From Felis catus (Eukaryota): a stretch of DNA of 60,000 bases. Under the pieces are notes generated by a model that saw nothing but the letters and a program-made list of their open reading frames with translations, had not been told where the DNA came from and did no database searches. Below, one piece after another: positions 12,800 to 25,825 of this stretch. The first letter of the stretch is position 1; every line of letters begins with the position of its first letter. The stretch is from assembly GCF_018350175.1 (NCBI RefSeq), contig NC_058369.1, forward strand, positions 6,822,001 to 6,882,000, written 5' to 3'. A program made the position numbers and the translations under genes.

Positions 12800-13775
12800 C
12801 ACTTACTCGACTATCTTTTCTCTTCTTGACATGATCACTGAGGCATGAGTCAAACTTGGCTCAGTTTCCTCCCTGGTGACAGTCAATAGAGATCCTGGTT
12901 CTGTTGCCCAAAGAGGACCAGATCCTGGAGACAGAGGATGCCTCACAGAGGCACAGGTAGGTATCCACCTGGCCCAAAGAAGACAAGCTAGGGTGGGGAT
13001 GAATTGTAAGAACAGAGGGAATATTTACAATTTCTGGGCCAATGAGAAGTCAATTCCCAAGGCTCCTTGTTAGACAAATTGTCCAATTTCAAATCTGTTC
13101 CCTGAATACCTCAGTTTCCTGTGGGGGCTGGGATATGGAAGTAGGACGCCTGTATTGACTATTTCAGGTCTTTAGGAGGCAACTGGGTGCAAGTTGCCGG
13201 TTTCCCAATGGCTCTTCACCCTCTCCTTGGGGATCTCTCTAAGGTCAAGGGCTTCCCCTGGAGGAGGTGTCCACTCTTCTTTGAAGCCAGTGTCCCTCAT
13301 CAGCTCAAGAACCAAGAAACACCTCCGCACATTCACCCAGTGATGTCACACCAAGAAACAAAGACTACCTCCAGCCCCACTTACCCCCAAGAGGGCAGCT
13401 GTCTGTAAAGACACCATGGCTGCCTTCCAGTTCTGCTAAGGGGGCAAGTGGAATCTCACCTGATGGACACACGCCAAGAGAGAGGCTGGCTGCATGGGTC
13501 TGCAGCCAGATCCTTGCTCTGAATATTGGTCCCAGGGTGGCATCTGTGGGAGTCTCTATCTTTGTGTATTTAGGAATTCAGTTTTAGGAGGTCACTGCCA
13601 GAAATCTCAGGTCATATGCCCGCTCAATAAACACCCACCGAACCAACTGATACATTAAGTGCCAGTTTTTAAAAACCTTAAGTTATGGAAATGAGCGAAC
13701 CATAGGCAAAAGTAGAGAACATAATACTAGGCTGAGTCATATGAAATTGCCAACATTCCACTATTTTTGACCAAT
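12800..13775 (-). promoter_or_regulatory. Putative promoter / non-coding 5' exons of OR1M copy A
   Basis: Non-repetitive block near-identical to 35038-35988. Minus-strand donors are GTAAGT (12801-12806), GGG|GTAAGT (13379-13384) and CAG|GTGAGA (13454-13462). O/E-like TCCCAGGGTG at 13530-13539. Confidence 0.6.
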
Positions 13776-13810
13776 AAGATGGGCAATTTTTCTCATGGAT
13801 CAGCTTAATG
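13725..13810. mobile_element. MER53-like hAT MITE fragment
   Basis: tactaggctgagtcatatgaaattgcc ... ggcaattttt..catggatcagcttaat, an imperfect terminal palindrome. Confidence 0.55.
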
Positions 13811-13967
13811 TGATGAAACCACATGTATTTGTCACTCAGTTTTAATGATTATTGATTCAGAGTCTTGTTCACCTGTATTCTACTTTGAGCTCTTAACCAG
13901 AATTATATCAGAGCAAATTCTATATATCATATGATTTCAGTATGTCTCTTTAAAAAAAACCCTTCTT

Positions 13968-14820
13968 TTATTTATTTAAAATTTTTTTAATATTTATTTT
14001 TGAGAGAGAGAGAGAGAGAGCGTGCGCATGCAGGGGAGTGGCAAAGAGAAAGGGAGATACAGAATCTGAAACAGGCTCCAGGCTCTGAGCTGTCAGCACA
14101 GAGCCCGATGCGGGGCTCGAACTCACAGACCATGAGATCACGACCTGAGCTGAAGTCAGAAGCTTAACCAACTGAGTCACACAGGCACCCCCAAAAAACC
14201 TTCTTTTTAAAATCTTTTATTTTTAACCTTTTTTAACGTTTATTTATTTTTGAGACAGCGAGAGACAGAGCATGAACAGGGGAGGGGCAGAGAGAGAGGG
14301 AGACACAGAATCTGAAGCAGGCTGCAGCCTCTGAGCTGTCAGCACGGATCCCGACGTGGGGCTCGAACCCACAAACCATGAGATCATGACCTGAGCTGAA
14401 GTCGGACGCCCAACCAACTGAGCCACCCAGGCGCTCCAAAAAACCTTCTTTTTAAAAGAATAAACACAATACCGTTATTTTACTTTAAAATATTAATAAT
14501 ATATATCCTCAAATATTCAAATTACCCAAATTGCCTCATAGCTTTTTATCATGTTTTTCACATTAGAATCACAAAATACCCATATGTTCCAATTAATTAA
14601 TTGCTGTCTAGGGGCGCCTGATGGCTCAGTCGGTTAAGCGTTTGACTCAGGGCTCAGGTCATGATCTCCTTTCATGAGTTCGAGCCCTGCATCAGGCTCT
14701 GTGCTGACAGCTCGGAGCCCGGAGCCTGCTTCAGATTCTGTGTCTCCCTCTCTCTCTGCCCCTCCCTTGCCCACATTCTGTCTCCCTCTGTGTCTCAGAA
14801 ATAAATAAAACATTTAATAA
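13968..14820. mobile_element. Three SINECs (13968-14192 minus, 14225-14437 minus, 14611-14820 plus)
   Basis: Canonical SINEC head, (CT)n/(GA)n body and tail. Confidence 0.9.
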
Positions 14821-15029
14821 AAAATTAAAAAATTAAATATATTAATATATAATACATATTTAATATATTATATATATTAAATTATATATTAAATTAAAAA
14901 ATTACATAAATTATATATAAATTATATAATTTATGTTTAGATGTATACACTTGAATCAAAATCAGGCTCGATATTGGGGAAGAAGGATACTCCACAGGTG
15001 GTTGCTACACTTTCTTCAGAAGGCATATA

Positions 15030-17640
15030 TTTTTTCCAACTTTATTAAGATATAATTGACAAATAAAATTGTTTTGTGATATATTTCAAGCATATAAAGT
15101 CATGGTTTTATATACACATACATTGTGAAAGGATCTCCACAATCAAGTTAGTTAACATATCCATCACCTCACAGGTTTACTTTTTTTTTTAGTGAGAACA
15201 CTTCAATTCTACTACCTTAGCAAATTTCAATGGTGTGGTACAGTATTATTAACTACAGTCACCATGGTATACATTATATCTCCAGATGTTATTCATCTTA
15301 TAACTGAAACTTTGTTATCTTTTTACCAACCTGATCCCAATTTCCCCCCACCCCCGGCCACTGGAGACTACTATTCTACTCTCTGTTTCTATGAATTCAA
15401 ATTTTAGAAAATTTCACATACAAACGATACCATGCAATGTTTGTCTTTCTCTGACTGGCTCATTTCACTCAGCATAATTCCTTCCATTCATTCATATTTT
15501 TGCAAACAATACGAATTGTTGCAGGATTTCCTTCATTTTTTTTTTTTTTTTGCTGTTTTTTTAAAAAAGTAATTTATTGTCAAGTTAGCTAACATACACT
15601 GTGTACGGTATAGTTTTGGCTTCAGGAATAGATTCGCATGATTCATCACTTACATGGAACACGCAATGCTCATCCTAACAAGTGCCCTCTTTAATGCCAA
15701 TCACCCATTTTCCCTGCCCCCCAGCTGCCCAACCAGTCTGTTCTCTGTATTTAAGAGTCTCTTATGGGTTTGCCTCCCTCTCTGTTTGTAACTCACTTTT
15801 CCTTCCCTTCCCCCACGGTCTTCTGTGAAGTTTCTCAAATTCCACATATGAGTGAAAACATATGATATCTGTCTTTTTCTGACTTAGTTCACTTAGTATA
15901 AGGATTTCCTTCATTTTTTTTCTATCTTTTTCAATGACTTTTATTTTTTTTGTCTTTTTATTTTATTTTTTTTAAATATGAAATTTATTGACAAATTGGT
16001 TTCCATACAACACCCAGTGCTCATCCCAAAAGGTGCCCTCCTCAATACCCATCACCCACCCTCTCCTCCCTCTCACCCCCCCATCAACCCTCAGTTTGTT
16101 CTCAGTTTTTAACGGTCTCTTATGCTTTGGCTCTCTCCCACTCTAACCTCTTTTTTTTTTTTTCCTTCCCCTCCCCCATGGGTTCCTGTTAAGTTTCTCA
16201 GGATCCACCTAAGAGTGAAACCATATGGTATCTGTCTTTCTCTGTATGGCTTATTTCACTTAGCATCACATTCTCCAGTTCCATCCACATTGCTACAAAG
16301 GACCATATTTCATTTTTTCTCATTGCCACGTAGAATTCCATTGTGTATATAAACCACAATTTCTTTATCCTTTCATCAGTTGATGGACATTTAGGCTCTT
16401 TCCATAATTTGGCTATTGTTGAGAGTGCTGCTATGAACATTGGGGTACAAGTGTCCCTATGCATCAGTACTCCTGTAAATTCCTAGCAGTGCTATTTCTG
16501 GGTCATAGGGTAGGTCTATTTTTAATTTTCTGAGGAACCTCCACACTGCTTTCCAGAGCGGCTGCACCAATTTGCATTCCCACCAACAGTGCAAGAGGGT
16601 TCCCGTTTCTCCACATCCTCTCCAGCATCTATAGTCTCCTGATTTGTTCATTTTGGCCACTCTGACTGGCGTGAGGTGATACCTGAGTGTGGTTTTGATT
16701 TGTATTTGCCTGATAAGGAGCGACACTGAACATCTTTTCATGTGCCTGTTGGCCATCCGGATGTCTTCTTTAGAGAAGTGTCTATTCATGTTTTCTGCCC
16801 ATTTCTTCACTGGGTTATTTGTTTTTCGGGTGTGGAGTTTGGTGAGCTCTTTATAGATTTTGGATACTAGCCCTTTGTCCGATATGTCATTTGCGAATAT
16901 CTTTTCCCATTCCGTTGGTTGCCTTTTAGTTTTATTGGTTGTTTCCTTTGCTGTGCAGAAGCTTTTTATCTTCATAAGGTCCCAGTAATTCACTTTTGCT
17001 TTTAATTCCCTTGCCTTTGGGGATGTGTCGAGTAAGAGATTGCTACGGCTGAGGTCAGAGAGGTCTTTTCCTGCTTTCTCCTCTAAGGTTTTGATGGTTT
17101 CCTGTCTCACATTCAGGTCCTTTATCCATTTTGAGTTTATTTTTGTGAATGGTGTGAGAAAGTGGTCTAGTTTCAACCTTCTGCATGTTGCTGTCTAGTT
17201 CTCCCAGCACCATTTGTTAAAGAGGCTGTCTTTTTTCCATTGGATGTTCTTTCCTGCTTTGTCAAAGATGAGTTGGTCATACGTTTCTGGGTCTAGTTCT
17301 GGAGTTTCTATTCTATTCCATTGGTCTATGTGTCTGTTTTTGTGCCAAGGATTTCCTTCATTTTTAAGGCTGAATAATATTCCATTGTACATATACACAC
17401 CATATTTTCCTCATTCATTCGTCAATGGGCAACTTAGGTTGTTTCCTTATCTTGACTAGTGTGAATAATGCTGCAGTGAACATGGGCATAGAGGTATTTC
17501 CTCAAGTTGATTTCATTTCCTTTGGACATATACCCAGAAGTGAGATGGCTGGATCATACCGTAGTTCCATTTTTTTATTTCTTGAAGCTTTGCACTGTTT
17601 TTCATAGTGGCCGCACCAGTTTATATCCCTACAGACAGTG
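15030..17640 (-). mobile_element. Older L1 3' fragment interrupted by two younger L1 insertions
   Basis: L1 3'UTR sequence resumes at 17366 after the inserts. The target site aggatttccttcattttt occurs three times. Confidence 0.8.
15919..17347 (-). mobile_element. Young 5'-truncated felid L1 (L1_Fc-like), ORF2 C-terminal part plus 3'UTR
   Basis: Open 239-aa ORF2 fragment including the [13 protein letters not shown]ys-rich motif, CpGs retained, TSD at 15901-15918 and 17348-17365. Confidence 0.92.
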
Positions 17641-17849
17641 TAATGCTGGACGAAGCACATATTTTCCATTGTCTCTCTTTTTGTGAAATCTGCAGTCATT
17701 GAGATTCATTGTCTAAACACAATATTTGATGAAAGATTGCAAATAAATGTCTACCAGACATTCATTTATGAGCTGGACTACTACAAAAATAAACTTCCCC
17801 TCCTTAAGTCTCTGGTCAGTCTGAGGTACTATTTGTAGAGGAGTGTTGG

Positions 17850-17888
<39 letters not shown>
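17850..17888. repeat. Poly(A)39 run within an old L1MC-like remnant
   Basis: Direct count of the run; flanks resemble an old L1 3' end. Confidence 0.8.
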
Positions 17889-17891
<3 letters not shown>

Positions 17892-18029
17892 TGAATCTTA
17901 ACATTATTTCCATCTATTTATTGATTTTCAAAATAATTTCTTGGCTCTCTAACATTTTCCACAGGTAGCAATGAGTGTGGGTTTTTTTCAATCATTATTT
18001 GAATCCCTGTATTTTTAACATTTTTAAAA

Positions 18030-18600
18030 ATTTTTTTTCAACCTTTTTTATTTATTTTTGGGACAGAGAGAGACAGAGCATGAACGGGGGAGGGGCAGAG
18101 AGAGAGGGAGACACAGAATCGGAAACAGGCTCCAGGCTCTGAGCCATCAGCCCAGAGCCTGACGCGGGGCCCGAACTCACGGACCGCGAGATCGTGACCT
18201 GGCTGAAGTCGGACGCTTAACCGACTGAGCCACCCAGGTGCCCCTAAAGATTTTTTAAGTAATCTCTACCCAACTTCGGGCTCGAACTCACAACTCCAGG
18301 ATCAAGAGTCTCATGCTCTGCTGACCGAGCCAGCTGGGCGCCCTGGCAACGGGATTTTTTTAAAGTTTGTTTGTTTATTTTTTTTTAATTTTTTTTCAAC
18401 ATTTATTTATTTTTGGGACAGAGAGAGACAGAGCATGAACGGGGAAGGGGCAGAGAGAGAGGGAGACACAGAATCGGAAACAGGCTCCAGGCTCCGAGCC
18501 ATCAGCCCAGAGCCCGACGCGGGGCTCGAACTCACCGACCATGAGATCGTGACCTGAGCCAAAGTCGGACGCTTAACCGACTGCGCCACCCAGGCGCCCC
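18030..18600 (-). mobile_element. Two young SINEC_Fc copies plus an older SINEC fragment
   Basis: Cat-type variant gagccatcagcccagagcc...cggaccgcgagatcgtgacctggctgaagtcggacg. Confidence 0.9.
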
Positions 18601-18614
18601 TTTAACATTTTTTT

Positions 18615-19022
18615 TTAACACCGAAATTTATTCTCTCATAGTTTCGGAGGCCAGAAGTCCAAAATCAAGGTTTGGGCAGGCTTAGCTCCCTCTGGAAACC
18701 GAGAAAGAATCCGTTTTCTGCTTCTATCCTAGCTTCTTCTGGCCGCTGGAGACCCTTGGCGTTCCTTGGCGTGGGACTGTATAAACCCAAGACCTGCGTT
18801 CGTCCTCACGTGACCTTCCGCTCTGTGCGCCTCAAAGCTATCCCTTCCTTATATAAGGATGCCAGTTTTTGGATTTAGTGCCAATCCTAAAATGGTTTCA
18901 TCTTAAAATCCTTACCTTTATTTCACCTGAAAAAAAGTCTTAATCTTCATAAGGTCACAGTCTGAGGTTCTGGGTGGACATGAATTTCGGGGAAGGGGGG
19001 TGGACAGTATTCCACTCACTAA
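18615..19022. mobile_element. MLT1 (MaLR) LTR
   Basis: gaaatttattctctcatagtttcggaggccagaagtccaaaatcaagg ... aaggtcacagtctgaggttctgggtggacatgaattt, typical of MLT1A/B. Confidence 0.75.
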
Positions 19023-19344
19023 AGTCACCTTATAAATTGCCTCTAAAATATGATTTCGCTTCCCCTCTTCTTTTTTTCCCTGATGCTATTGCCATTAGAC
19101 GTGGTTGATAAGAGTCAACTTTCAAAATGGCCTTTATTTTTCTTGAACATCCTTTAAAATGTATTTTTTAAATGCATCCATGCTTCTTTCTTTTACCAAA
19201 GCAAGAATGTTAATTGCAGGAAACTTGGAAAACACGGGAAGGCACGAAAGAGAAAGTAAAATCACTCATATTCTCACTGCTTAAAGGAAAAGATTTTATC
19301 TCTCTCTCTTTACTACTTTAACCATTTTTAACCTTTTTAGTGTT

Positions 19345-19585
19345 TATTTATTTTTTTAATTTTTTTTAACATTTATTTATTTTTGAGACAGAGAGAGACA
19401 GAGCATGAACGGGGGGAGGGCCAGAGAGAGAGGGAGACACAGAATCTGAAGCAGGCTCCAGGCTCTGAGCTGTCAGCACAGAGCCTGATGCGGGGCTCAA
19501 ACTCACGGACCGTGAGATCGTGACCTGAGCGAAGTTGGACGCTCAACGACTGAGCCACCCAGGCGCCCCGTGTTTATTTATTTTT

Positions 19586-19616
<31 letters not shown>

Positions 19617-19757
19617 AAGGAGATGCAGAATCTAAAGCAGGCTCCAGGCTCTGAGCTGTCAGCGCAGAGCCTGATGTGGGGCTCGAACTCATGAACTGTG
19701 AGATCAGCACCTGAGCCGAAGTTGGACGCTCAACCGACTGAGCCACCCAGGTGCCCG
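19345..19757 (-). mobile_element. Two tandem/nested SINECs
   Basis: Two consecutive SINEC bodies. Confidence 0.9.
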
Positions 19758-19759
19758 TC

Positions 19760-22188
19760 CACTTTAACCACTTCTAACTGTACAGTTCAGTGGCATTAAG
19801 CACATTCACATTTGTGAATCCCTACCATCCATCTCCAGAACTTTTCATCTTCCCAAACTAAAACCCTGTCTCCTTAAAGGCTAACTCCCCATCCCCTCTC
19901 CCTCCAGCCACTGGGAGTACCATTTCGCTGTCTCTATGAATCTGACTTCTCTTTGCACCTCATATAAGTGGAATCACACAGTATTTGGATTTTCGTGTAT
20001 GGCTTATTTCACTTGGCATAATGTCTTCAAGATTCATCCATGTTGTAGCAGCAACGGACACTTGGGTTGCTTCCACACATGTAGTTATGGTAATAATGCT
20101 GCTATGAACATAGATGTATAAGCATCCATTTGAGTCTTTGCTTTCAATTTCTGGGGGCATATACCCAAAAGTGGAATGTTGGATCATATGATAATTCTAG
20201 GTTTCATTTTTTGAGGAAATGCCTCACTATCTTCCATAACATCTACACCATTTTATATTTCTAACCAGCAAAGGTTCCACTTTATCCATATACTTGCCAA
20301 AACTTTTTTTTCTATTTGTTTTGTTTGTTTTTATAATAGTCATCCGAATAAGTGTGAAGTGGTATCTCATTGGGGTTGATTTGCACTTTCCTAATGAATA
20401 ATGATACTGAATAGTTTTTCATGTGCTTACTGGCCATTTGTATATCGTCTTTAGAAAAATGTCTATTTAAACCCTTTCCCATTTTAACATTTATTTATTA
20501 TTGAGAGACAGAGAAACACAGAGAGTGAGCAGGGAAGGGGCAGAGAGAGGGGGAGACACAGAATCCGAAGCAGGCTCCAGGCTCTGAGCTGTCAGCACAG
20601 AACCCGATGCAGGGCTCTAACTCACAAACTGTGAGATCATGACCGGAGCTGAAGTTGGATGCTTAACTGACTGGGCCACCCAGACGCCCAACCCTTTCCC
20701 ATTTTTAATTGCATTATATGGTTCTGTTGTTGTTGATGACGTGGAGTTCTTTATATATCTTAGATACTAATCCCTTATCAGATACATGGTTTGCAAACAT
20801 TTTTGTCATTCCGTGAGTTGCCTTTTCATTCTGTTGATAGTGTCATTTGATGTGCAGGAGTTTTTAAAAATTTTTTCTATATAAAAATTTTATATTTATT
20901 GCATGTAATCAAACCCATAATTTAACCACTGGCAACCACATTTACATATGGGGACACACATGTACATGATTTCAGTAAAAGAGTAGAACACAGCAATGCT
21001 TCATGGGGTGATTTCACACTGTGTCTAAAGTGTCTAACCCCGAATCAGGTCTCCCACAATCCCTTTCTGAGTTAGAGTTGATCTAAGAGACATTACCATA
21101 AGGTTTGGAAGTTTCAGGTGGAGCAGGAGACCACAGTGACCCCAGATCTACCAGTGGGCACAAGGCAGCAGCTCCCACTAGCTTTCCCTTGTGGTACCTT
21201 TGGGGCATACAGACCACTCAGAAAGCTCCAAAAGTTTTTAAATTTTGATGAAGGACAATTTATCTGGATTTTCTCTTGTTGTCTGTGACTTTGATGCCAT
21301 AATTAAGAAATCATTGCAAAATCCAATGTCCTAAGGTTTCCCTTCTATGTTTTCTTCCAAAATATTCTATAGCTATAGCTCTTAGGTTTGAGTCTTTGAT
21401 CCATTTTAAGTTAATTTTTGTATATGGTGGAAGGTAGGGGCCCAACATTTGGGGTCAGTTTTTTTGCATGTGGATTCTGGTTTCCCAACACCATTTGTTG
21501 AAAAGATAGCCCTTTACCCCACTGAACTGTCTTGCCACCTTCATCAAAAATCATTTGACCATATATGCAAGGGTTTATTTCTGGGCCCTCTATTCTATTC
21601 CATTAATTTCTATGTCTGTATTTATGCTAGCACCATACTATTTTGATTACTGTGCTTTGTAGTAAGTTTTAGGACCATGAAGTGTGAGGTCTCTGAGTGT
21701 GTTCCTATGTTTCAAGAGTAATTTGGCTATTTAGAGTCTTTGAAATCCATATGAACTTTATGGTAGATTTTTCTATTTCTGCATAAAATGTTGCTGAAAT
21801 TTGCATAGGCATTTTATGGCATAGTGAATCTGTCACTTGCTTTAGGTAGTACTGACATCTTAACAATATTAAGTCTTCCAATCTGTGAACACAAAAGCTT
21901 TTCTTATTTATCTGTGTCTTCTTCAGTTTCTTTCAACAATGTTTTGTAGTTTTCAGTATACAAATTGTTTGCCCCTTGGTTAAGTTTATTCCTAAGCATT
22001 ACATTGTATCCTTTTTTGATGCTATTGTAAATGGGATTATTTTCTTGATTTCCTTTGCAGGTGGTTCATTGTTGGTGTGTAGATACACACTGATTTATGT
22101 GTGCTGATTTTATATCCTTTGTACAACTTTGTATAGCTTTGCTGAATTTATGAGTTCTAGTGTGTTTAGCTTTACTGAATTCATTAGC

Positions 22189-22236
<48 letters not shown>

Positions 22237-23010
22237 CATTTTTGGGGTTTTCTACATATAAGATCAAACCATCTGTGAACAGAAATCATTTTACTTTTTC
22301 CTTTCCATTTTGTATGTCTTTTATTTATTTTTCCTGCCTAATTGCTCTGGCTAAGACTTCTCATATTATGTTGAAAAGAAGTGATAAGATCAGGTATTCT
22401 TGTTTTATTCCTGATCTTAGAAGAAAAGCTTTTAGTCTTTCACCATTGAGTATGGTGTCAGCTATATTTGTTGGTTTTTTTCTTTTATTTTTTTTTTAAT
22501 GTCTGACCTTTATTGTATTGAGGTAGTTTCCTTCCATTCTTAGTTTCTTGGGTATTTATAGCACAAAAGGCTGTTAAATTTCATCAAGTGATTTCTCTTC
22601 AACAATTGAAATAATCATGTGTTTCTCCCCCTTCACTCTATTGATGTGCTATATACATTGACTGATTTTTCTTGTGTTGGACTATTCTTGCATTCCAGGA
22701 ATCAATCTCACTTGGTCATGATGTACAATTCTGTCACTATGTTGGGGTTTGTTAGTATTTTGTTGAGGATTTTTGCATTAGTATTCATAAAGGATATTGG
22801 TCTGTAATTTTATTTTCTTACAGTGTCTTTGCCTGGCTTGGATACCAGGGCAATGCTGGCCTCACAGAACGAGGTTGGAAGTGTTCCTCCTCTTTCTGGA
22901 AGAGTTTGAGTAGTACTGGTGCAAATTCTTCTTTAAAAGTTTGGACCACTGAAGCCATCTGGTCCCAAGCTTTTCTTTCTAGGGAGATTTTGGATTACCA
23001 ATTCAATCTT
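19760..23010 (-). mobile_element. Older L1 (L1MA/MB-like), ORF2 to 3'UTR, with nested SINEC (~20483-20690) and (TG)n at ~22190-22235
   Basis: Continuous antisense L1 ORF2-like sequence. Confidence 0.85.
20869..21228 (-). pseudogene. Short retroposed mRNA 3'-end-like insert inside an L1; parent unknown
   Basis: Non-L1 ~360 bp flanked by caggagtttttaaa (20855-20868) and caaaagtttttaaa (21229-21242). Minus-strand AATAAA at 20900-20895 lies about 18 nt before the A-tail. Confidence 0.6.
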
Positions 23011-23018
23011 CTTATTAA

Positions 23019-24750
23019 GTTTTTTTTCTTCCAAGATTTTATTAAAATTCAAGTTAATTAATGTATAGTGTAGTATTTGTTTCAGGAGCAGAACTGAGTG
23101 ATTCATCACTTACATATAACACCCAGTGCTCATCACAAGTGTCCTCCTTAATGCCATCACCCATTTAGCCCACCTCCCAACTCCCCTCCAGCAACCCTCA
23201 GTTTGTTCTTTATATTTAAGAATCTCTTATGGGCTGCCTCCCTCTCTGTTTTTATCTTATTTTATTTTTCCTCCCCTTACCCTATGTTCAACGGTTTTGT
23301 TTCTTAAATTCCACATATAAGTGAAATCTGACTTTCTCTGACTGACTTATTTCACTTACCATAATACATTCTAGTTCCATCCATGTCTTTGCAAATGCCA
23401 AGATTTCTTTCTTTTGATAGCTGAGTAGTGTTCCATCTTATATATATATCCCCTCCATACCTTCTTTATCTATTCACCAGTCAATGGACATTTTGGCTCT
23501 TTCCATAATTTGGCTATTATTGATAGTGCTACTATAAACATTGGGGTACATGTGCCCCTTCAAATCAGTATTTTAGAAAAACAAATATTGTCAAAATGTC
23601 TACGCTACCCAAAGCAATCTACACATTCAATGCAATCCCTATCAAAGTAACAGCAGCATTTTTCACAGAGCTAGAACAAATAATTCTAAAATTTGTATGA
23701 AACAAGAAGAGACCCTGAATAGCCAAAGTAATGTTGAAAAAGAAAAGCATGAATGGCCAAAGTAATGTTGAAAAATAAAAACAAAGTGGAATGTATCATA
23801 ATTCTGGACTTCAAGCTGTATTGCAAAGCTGTAATCATCAAGACAGTATGGTACTGGCACAAAAAAAAAAAAACACACATAGATCAATAGAACAGAATAG
23901 AGAACCCAGAAATGGGGTCCAGAAATGGACCCACAACTATATGGTCAACTAATCTTCAACAAAGCATGAAAGAAAATCCAATGGAAAAGAGACAGCTTCT
24001 TCAACAAATGGTGCTGGGGAAACTGAACTGGACAGAGACATGCAGAAGAATGAAACTATACCACCTTCTTACAGCATATACAAAAATTCAAAATGGATGA
24101 AAGACCTAATGTAAGAAAATAAACCATCAAAACCCTAGAGGAAAAAACAGGCAGCAGCCTCTTTGACCTCAGCTGAAGCAACTTCTTACTAGACATGTCT
24201 CTGGAAGCAAGGGAAACAAAAGGAAAAATGAACTACTGGGACTTCATCAAGATAGAAAACTTCTGCACAGCAAAGGAAACAATCAACAAAACTAAAAGGC
24301 AACCAATGGAATGGTAGAAGATATTTGCAAATGACATATCAGATGAAGGGCTAGTATCCAAAATCTATAAAGAACTTATCAAACTCAACACTCAAAATAA
24401 GTAATCCAGTGAAGGAATGGGCAGAAGACATGAACAGACATTTCTCCAAAGACACATAAACCGCTAACAGACACATGAAAAGTGTTTAACATCACTTATC
24501 ATTAGGGAAATACAAATCAAAACCACAATGAGATATCACTTCACACCTGTCAGAATGACTAAAATTAGCAACACAGGAAACAAAAGATGTTGGTGAGGGT
24601 GCAGAGAAAAGGGAACCCTCTTACACTGTTGACAGGAATGCAAACTGGTGCAGCCACTCTGGAAAACAATGTGGAGGCTCCTCAGAAACTTAGAGATACA
24701 GCTACCCTATGACCGGGCAATTGCACTACTAGATATTTGCCCAGAGGATG
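23019..24750. mobile_element. Carnivore L1 with 5' inversion (twin priming)
   Basis: Minus-strand 3' end at 23019-23573 joined to plus-strand ORF2 at 23574-24750. TSD caatcttctt (23004) / caatctcctt (24751). Confidence 0.8.
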
Positions 24751-24776
24751 CAATCTCCTTTTAAAAAAAAAATTTG

Positions 24777-25003
24777 GGGGGTGCCTGGGTGGCTCAGTCA
24801 GTTGATGTCCAACTCTTGATTTCAGCTCAGGTCATGATCTCACAGTTTGTGAGTTCAAACCCCACATTGGGCTCTGTGCTGACAGCATGAAGCCTGCTTG
24901 GGATCTTTTCTCCCTCTATCTCTCTGCCCCTCCCCCTGCTCTCTCTCAAAAATAAATAATAAAAATAAAATAAAAAATAAAAAATAAATTTTTAATGTTT
25001 ATT

Positions 25004-25055
<52 letters not shown>

Positions 25056-25825
25056 ACACAGGTGGGGGAGGGGCAGAGAGAAAGATGGAAACAAGAATCT
25101 GAAGCAGCCTCCTGGCTCCGAGCTGTCAGCACAGAGCTTGAAATGGGGCTTAAACCCATGAACCGCAGGATCATGATCTGAGCTGAGGTCAGACGCTTAA
25201 GGGACTGAGTCACCCAGAAGACCCTAAAATTTTTTTTTTAATTTATTTAAATCCAACTTAGTTAACATATAGTGTAGTATTGGTTTCAGGAGTAAAATTT
25301 AGTGATTCATCACTTACGTATAAACATCCACTGCTCATCCCAAAAATGTCCTCCTTCATGCTCCCGCCCATTAGCCCATCCCCCCAACAACTCTCCTCCA
25401 GCAACCCTCAGTTTGTTCTCTGTATTTAAGACTCTCTTATGGCTTGGTGCCCTCTCTCTTTTTGTCTTATTTTTCCTTCCCTCCTCCTAATTTCTTAAAT
25501 TCCACATATGAGTGAAATCATATGATATTTGTCATTCTCTGACTGACCTATGTCACTTAGCATAATACCTTCTAGTTCCATCCACGTTGTTGCAATGGCA
25601 AGATTTCATTCTTTTTGATCACTGAGTAATATTCCATCATGTATATGTATATACACATACACACTCATACGCACATACATACATACATACATACATGCAC
25701 ACATACCACATCTTTATCCATTTATCAGCTGATGGACATTTGGGCTCTTTCCATAATTTGACTATTGTTGATAGTGCTGCTATAAACATTGGGGTATGTG
25801 TGCCCCTTTGAATCAGCATTTTTTT
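24777..25825. mobile_element. Tail-to-tail SINEC pair (24777-24985 plus, 24990-25225 minus) and L1 3' fragment (25230-25825 minus)
   Basis: SINEC and L1 3'UTR signatures. Confidence 0.85.

Noticed and set aside
13187..13408. 73-aa ORF duplicated at 35402-35623
   Set aside because: GTG start and no recognisable domain. Its conservation is explained by near-identity of the whole DNA block.
14820..14940. AT-only quasi-palindromic stretch
   Set aside because: Low-complexity decay adjoining a SINE tail; no specific structure can be supported.
17640..17890. Poly(A)39 as the tail of a processed pseudogene
   Set aside because: No TSD found, and sequence on both sides resembles one continuous old L1 3' remnant. 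More likely a homopolymer expansion.
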